Source of the DNA: a virus | Lineage: Duplodnaviria > Heunggongvirae > Uroviricota > Caudoviricetes | Virus record (IMG/VR): IMGVR_UViG_2562617057_000004 | Location: 1-10,981 of that record | Reading direction: 5' to 3' (one strand) | DNA: 10,981 bases | Shown: one piece after another, positions 7,185 through 10,981 of the stretch | How positions within the stretch are numbered: position 1 is the first letter of the stretch | Layout: the number at the start of each line of letters is the position of its first letter | Position numbers and translations under genes: made by a program | The notes under the pieces: model-generated | Database searches by the model: none | What the model saw: only the letters and a program-made list of their open reading frames with translations | What the model was told of the DNA's origin: nothing

Positions 7185-7412
7185 TTATTCTCCGGTGTGA
7201 TGCGCGTTATTATTCTCGTGAATTGCCATAGCCTTATTGAGTTCATCAATAACAGGTGTCAATAATGTCCGAACAGCGGCAAACATTAATGACTCTGATT
7301 CTTTTCCGGCTTCCGGTATTTCCATTAATTTTCCTAACAGCGCATTCATTTCACGCGCTTTAATTAATGCGTTTTCAGAGTGGATTAATACTTCAAAAGG
7401 GATTTTATGCAT
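7185..7412 (-). CDS. Hypothetical protein
   Basis: 75 aa from ATG at 7412, which overlaps the TGA of the upstream Icd-like gene. Confidence 0.5.
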   Translation of the reverse strand: MHKIPFEVLIHSENALIKAREMNALLGKLMEIPEAGKESESLMFAAVRTLLTPVIDELNKAMAIHENNNAHHTGE

Positions 7413-7579
7413 CACAAATTTTCTCCCTGGCGAATACGGGCGACAAAAATCAGATGTGCGTGCGGCAGCTGCGCACGGGCTTCGTGCTCACTGGCGGCGG
7501 TAACGGTGTGAAGGCGGATGTTTTTACCGTGGCACTGCATAAAGCGCCAGACAAAGTAAGGGCGTGTGAATACAGCCAT
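7412..7579 (-). CDS. Icd-like cell-division inhibitor family small protein, copy 2
   Basis: 55 aa MAVFTRPYFVWRFMQCHGKNIRLHTVTAASEHEARAQLPHAHLIFVARIRQGENL; GGGAG SD; paralogous to copy 1 (Fx[20 protein letters not shown]). Confidence 0.7.
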   Translation of the reverse strand: MAVFTRPYFVWRFMQCHGKNIRLHTVTAASEHEARAQLPHAHLIFVARIRQGENL

Positions 7580-7589
7580 GTGAAAGGCT

Positions 7590-7800
7590 CCCAATTTAAT
7601 GTTAAGGAGTCTCGCTACTACGCTGCTAAACGGGGTGGCGAGACGTAACAGGGTTAGCAGACTGGCAAATTGGGAAACCAGCGAGCGCAAAGGCTCCCCC
7701 GTTACGCCCCGCCATAATGCGGGTATGGGTAGGTTTACGGACACAAAAAAACCGCTTATCGGATATGGGCGGCTGTCCGCCAATTTATTCAGGCTGCTAA
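7590..7800 (-). ncRNA. Untranslated leader with candidate C4/CI-type antisense RNA, module 2
   Basis: Leader CCCAAATT (rc of 7667-7674) is complementary to AAATTGGG at the Icd RBS; hairpins and a T7 run (rc of 7741-7750); no credible coding. Confidence 0.3.
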
Positions 7801-7865
7801 ACCCGGTCGCCATGTGGGCGACACAGGAAGAATACAGCCCTGTGATAATTTTTTGCAAGCGGTTT

Positions 7866-8054
7866 TTACACATGGGCCACCCCCTGACGAATACGGGCAG
7901 CGAATACAGCAACACAACCAGACGGGCAACGGCTACGCGCTTCGCGTTCCGTCCAGGCGGTTACGTGGATGATTTGATGTTCTGACGCGCCAAAGGCAAT
8001 AAAGCGCCAGATAAAGGCAGTTTGAGAATGTACGAGGGTAGGGGTAGTAGCCAT
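7866..8054 (-). CDS. Icd-like cell-division inhibitor family small protein, copy 1
   Basis: 62 aa [71 protein letters not shown]; forms the C-terminus of a spurious 415-aa ORF. Confidence 0.7.
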   Translation of the reverse strand: MATTPTLVHSQTAFIWRFIAFGASEHQIIHVTAWTEREARSRCPSGCVAVFAARIRQGVAHV

Positions 8055-8214
8055 GTTGGCAGCCTCCTCAGTGTGGTTAAGATAACCGCCACGCAAAAGG
8101 CTAATTTCGCTGGTGGCGGACTGTACAGGGTTAGCCTTACCGGACACTGAAGAAACCGGCGCGGATTGCTCCGCCCCCGTACAGCCCACCATTGATAAGG
8201 TGTGGCTATGCGGC

Positions 8215-8300
8215 ACAAAAAAACACGCAGGGCGCGTGCTGTGCGCTTCAGTTGTTTTCAGGAGGCTAATCCCGGCACCCGTTTTATAAGGTGCACGCGA
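8215..8300 (-). ncRNA. Candidate C4/CI-type antisense RNA with intrinsic terminator, module 1
   Basis: Minus strand AGCCUCCU (rc of 8260-8267) is complementary to the Icd SD AGGAGGCU (rc of 8061-8068); followed by hairpin CACGC-gcccu-GCGUG and U7 (rc of 8217-8238). Confidence 0.35.
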
Positions 8301-8499
8301 ATCATAGCCCTGGCTGGCAGTGGCGATCAACTGGTTTTTCATACCCGCTTTATTCAGGTTGTGCGAGTCCCGCCCTTGCGGGTGTGTGGTATGATTTAAC
8401 ATAGCTACCTCGATACGCTTTCTATCGTTGGTGGTTAGAAGCCCGGTTAGTGTTCGCGCACTGCCGGGTTTCGTCGTTTCTGGACCTTGCATCAACAAG

Positions 8500-8572
8500 G
8501 TGTTGAACACCAATTTAAACCCAGGTGTTAAACACGTCAAGTGTTGAACACTTATTTTTTTTCCTGCATACT
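8500..8572. promoter_or_regulatory. Divergent promoters sharing three operators (candidate genetic switch)
   Basis: GTGTTGAACAC at 8500-8510 and 8541-8551, GTGTTAAACAC at 8525-8535; rightward TTGAAC -17- CATACT (8544-8572); leftward TTGACG -17- TAAATT (rc of 8535-8540 and 8512-8517). Confidence 0.6.
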
Positions 8573-8601
8573 GCATTTGTTTTTTGTGAGGGGTACACAA
8601 C

Positions 8602-8781
8602 ATGGCGACAAAAGCAGTAAACGCAAAATCACAAACAGTTGCGGCAAGGGTTCCGCATGAAGTTATGAACAATGTTGAGGCGGTAAAAATGCTTGGTGAA
8701 AGTACAGGGCAGTTTGTAACAGCAGCATTAAAGCGAGAAGTTGAGTACCGCCAGCGGCGCAAGGCCAAAGAACCAGAGTAA
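8602..8781 (+). CDS. Small DNA-binding protein, possibly ribbon-helix-helix; candidate repressor
   Basis: 59 aa [67 protein letters not shown]; below the ORF-track size cutoff; directly downstream of the operators. Confidence 0.55.
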   Translation: MATKAVNAKSQTVAARVPHEVMNNVEAVKMLGESTGQFVTAALKREVEYRQRRKAKEPE

Positions 8782-8823
8782 TCACCATCAGCGCCGTGGT
8801 GTAAGGTATTACGGCGCATTGCT

Positions 8824-9012
8824 ATGCAGGACAACACAATGACCGATAAAGAATTGACCAAAACATTATCACCGGCACGGAAAAGACGGCGCAGAAAGAT
8901 AGAGCATGAATCAGAAAGATTCGCGCCATGTGCTTTTGCCCTTGAGCAATTCCTTAAAGAGTACAGGGAAACGCGCCCATTGCAGGTATGGCAACGAACT
9001 GAACCAGACTGA
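8824..9012 (+). CDS. Hypothetical basic protein
   Basis: 62-aa ORF downstream of the RHH-like gene and upstream of a plus-strand terminator; weak RBS. Confidence 0.3.
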   Translation: MQDNTMTDKELTKTLSPARKRRRRKIEHESERFAPCAFALEQFLKEYRETRPLQVWQRTEPD

Positions 9013-9076
9013 TTGCATTGCCCACCAGCCGACAACCTAGTATTCTGGATATGCTCAAGTTTAGTGTTATGCCACT

Positions 9077-9104
9077 GGCGACCGCCCCCGGTCGCCTTTG
9101 TTTT
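9077..9104 (+). terminator. Rho-independent terminator closing the rightward unit
   Basis: GGCGACCG-cccc-CGGTCGCC followed by TTTGTTTT. Confidence 0.6.
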
Positions 9105-9123
9105 ATGTGTCATATGCTCCCCT

Positions 9124-9333
9124 TTACGCTGCCTTGCCTGAATTAATGCGATCCCGGCTTTTAACCCATTCCATAACCTCGGACAGCAGCCACCCTACAG
9201 AACGACCGCCCAGATTAAGACGTGACGGAAAGCGCCCTTTTTTCTCCAGTTCGTAGCGTGTAGTGCGGCACACTCCAGTTAACTTACGACATTCATCCTC
9301 ACGGATTACGCGATCTTCATTTATTTCACGCAT
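9124..9333 (-). CDS. alpA: AlpA-family transcriptional regulator
   Basis: [50 protein letters not shown] fits the AlpA HTH pattern; ATG at 9333 gives 69 aa; the GTG at 9420 (98 aa) has its SD abutting the start codon. Confidence 0.8.
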   Translation of the reverse strand: MREINEDRVIREDECRKLTGVCRTTRYELEKKGRFPSRLNLGGRSVGWLLSEVMEWVKSRDRINSGKAA

Positions 9334-9742
9334 ACAAAAACCTACATAAAAATTACGTATATAAACTTTTCTCTTAGCTGTAGATATATGAGATCGGATA
9401 TTACTTAGATTCTTTTTCACCTCTTAAATTAAAAACACAACCTTGCTAAAGGCTTTGTTCGCTAAGGTTCGTAGAAGCTCGTTAGTGTTTAAAATCGTGT
9501 CACGAGTTTTTAAGAGACGCAACAAAAAATGTCGTCATTTGGCACTTTGCTTGAATTATCACATATAAAACAAACAGATAAACCATCGATTATGGAAACA
9601 ATCAAAAAACAGAGAATAAGAATTCAGAAGAAGACATTTCAATTTTTTCGATGGTTGACAAATAAAAACACAACGAACTTTGTCGATATTCGTCGATTTA
9701 TTCACGGCTGTAATCTCTTAAAGAAAAAACAGCCGTAATTTG

Positions 9743-10981
9743 TCAAGAATTTTGAGTGCAAATTCGCGGGGTCATAACAACGATTTTTTCATCATTATTC
9801 TGGAGAAGCTCGAGACGTTCTACCCATAGATTAAGAGCATCACGTTTTGCATCAAGATAGCGGGAGTGGTTATAGACTCGTTGCATCCCTGGCATCTGGT
9901 GGGCTGTAAGCTGCTCGACAATATGCGGATCCACGCCTAAATCGTTCAGCATGGTTGTAAATGTGTGCCGGATATCGTGTAACGTCCAGGGGGCTTGATT
10001 AATTCGTCTGTGCGCTGTTCTTCCGTACTCTGCTACCGAAGATTGTCCTTTCAGTTCACCAAGCAATAAGCCCGTGTGTCTGTTCTGCTCCACCAGCTGC
10101 GTGACGAACGGCAAAATGCTTTCCGGTATTGGCCTGAATATGGCGACCTTCGTTTTGCTGTGCTCCTTCGGTACTGTCCAGAGCATTTCTTTAAAATCCC
10201 ACTCCTGCACCTCAGAGCGCCTTAGCTCGGTGGTACGGCATCCAAAAACAATCAGGAGGCGAATTAGGGCGCTGTAGTACGGCGGGAATATTTTGTCATC
10301 CAGAACGCGGAGTAATTCCCCGAGCTCCTTGTTTGTTAGTACGCGCTCGCTCACTTCTGCTTTTTTTCCCACATCACCGACAACCATATCATCAAGAACG
10401 TTGCTGATTGCGTATCGTCGTTTTCGGCAGTACTTAAGCGCCTGTTTGCATACCTGTAGCAAAAATCCGGCAGATACTGGGCTTCGCTTTGCCATCTGGT
10501 CAAAACATGCCAACCAGTGCCGTAGCTCGCATTTTTCCAGTGGCATAGCGCCAATCTGGCTGATTATGTGTTTATTGATTCGGCTTTTCAGTGATTCGTA
10601 GTCAGTGCGCTTTTCCTTTGCATACGATTCAAGCCAGTAAGTGAGCGCTTCCTTAACTGTCACGGGGGCTAACGTATCCTGTACAGCACGATTAAGCTCA
10701 TAGCGCGGATTTTTCCCCTCAGCCAGCCAGGCGCGACACTGTGCCGCTTTTTCCCTGGCTGCTTTAAGGCTCAGATCGGGATAATTGCCCAGCCTCAGAC
10801 GTTCCGGTGATACCTGCCTACCAGTTCCGGCCCTGTAAGTGAAATACCAGGTTAACAGGCCATTGGTTGAATGCCTTACGCTAAGGTTGCCACCATCATT
10901 AAAAAAGGTGTTTTTTGTGGTTGGTGATCCGCTTAATTTTCGTAAAAGAGTGTCGCTAAGTCTATGAATTGCCCTGCTCAT
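9743..10981 (-). CDS. int: Tyrosine integrase, P4 type
   Basis: 412 aa; N-terminal arm-binding-like LSD..GGNLSVRHSTNGLLTWYFTYR, catalytic HDIRHT and YNHSRY motifs; ATG at 10979-10981 is the window edge, so the true start could be further upstream. Confidence 0.92.
   Translation of the reverse strand: MSRAIHRLSDTLLRKLSGSPTTKNTFFNDGGNLSVRHSTNGLLTWYFTYRAGTGRQVSPERLRLGNYPDLSLKAAREKAAQCRAWLAEGKNPRYELNRAVQDTLAPVTVKEALTYWLESYAKEKRTDYESLKSRINKHIISQIGAMPLEKCELRHWLACFDQMAKRSPVSAGFLLQVCKQALKYCRKRRYAISNVLDDMVVGDVGKKAEVSERVLTNKELGELLRVLDDKIFPPYYSALIRLLIVFGCRTTELRRSEVQEWDFKEMLWTVPKEHSKTKVAIFRPIPESILPFVTQLVEQNRHTGLLLGELKGQSSVAEYGRTAHRRINQAPWTLHDIRHTFTTMLNDLGVDPHIVEQLTAHQMPGMQRVYNHSRYLDAKRDALNLWVERLELLQNNDEKIVVMTPRICTQNS

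Noticed and set aside
7412-7915. 167-aa minus-strand ORF
   Set aside because: Only the C-terminal 55 codons (Icd-like copy 2, with its own SD) look genuine; the rest is leader sequence.
7866-9113. 415-aa minus-strand ORF
   Set aside because: Translation is Cys/Ser/Thr-rich and not protein-like, and it runs across the divergent promoter, the RHH-like gene and a terminator. Only the last 62 codons (Icd-like copy 1, with its own strong SD) look genuine.
9124-9420. 98-aa extended AlpA starting at GTG 9420
   Set aside because: Its SD abuts the start codon, and the 69-aa form from ATG 9333 matches typical AlpA length. Kept as an alternative start only.
9529-9738. 69-aa plus-strand ORF between alpA and int
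   Set aside because: Sits in AT-rich intergenic DNA that more likely holds the alpA promoter; Lys-rich low-complexity translation and no SD.
1-10981. P2/P4-type 19-nt cos (GGCGAGGCGGGGAAAGCAC) and P4 sid/psu/delta genes
   Set aside because: Not found by eye on either strand; the packaging signals are lambda-like, so despite the P4-type int and primase this is not a P4 sensu stricto satellite.

Overview
The window reads as most of a lambdoid-helper-dependent phage satellite (cos-type PICI / P4-like island), with nearly all genes on the minus strand. From right to left: P4-type tyrosine integrase (its start codon is the last base of the window, so the att side lies outside), AlpA-family regulator, a divergent promoter switch with three GTGTTnAACAC operators and a small RHH-like gene, two tandem leader + Icd-like modules, two small ORFs, a P4-alpha/D5-type primase-helicase, an iteron origin, a small ORF plus SSB, then a lambda-like cos site (copy B), a self-contained operon encoding lambda gpE-family major capsid and gpD-family decoration homologues, a second lambda-like cos site (copy A) with R3-R2-R1-type repeats, a Nu1/TerS-like HTH gene that appears frame-split, and about 1 kb of palindrome-rich non-coding DNA. 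No portal, protease or large terminase is present in the window. The main candidate for something undescribed is the satellite-borne capsid-shell module bracketed by two direct cos sites whose predicted cosN differs from lambda's. All homology calls are from reading the translations and from recalled lambda/P4/P1 sequences; nothing was searched against a database.
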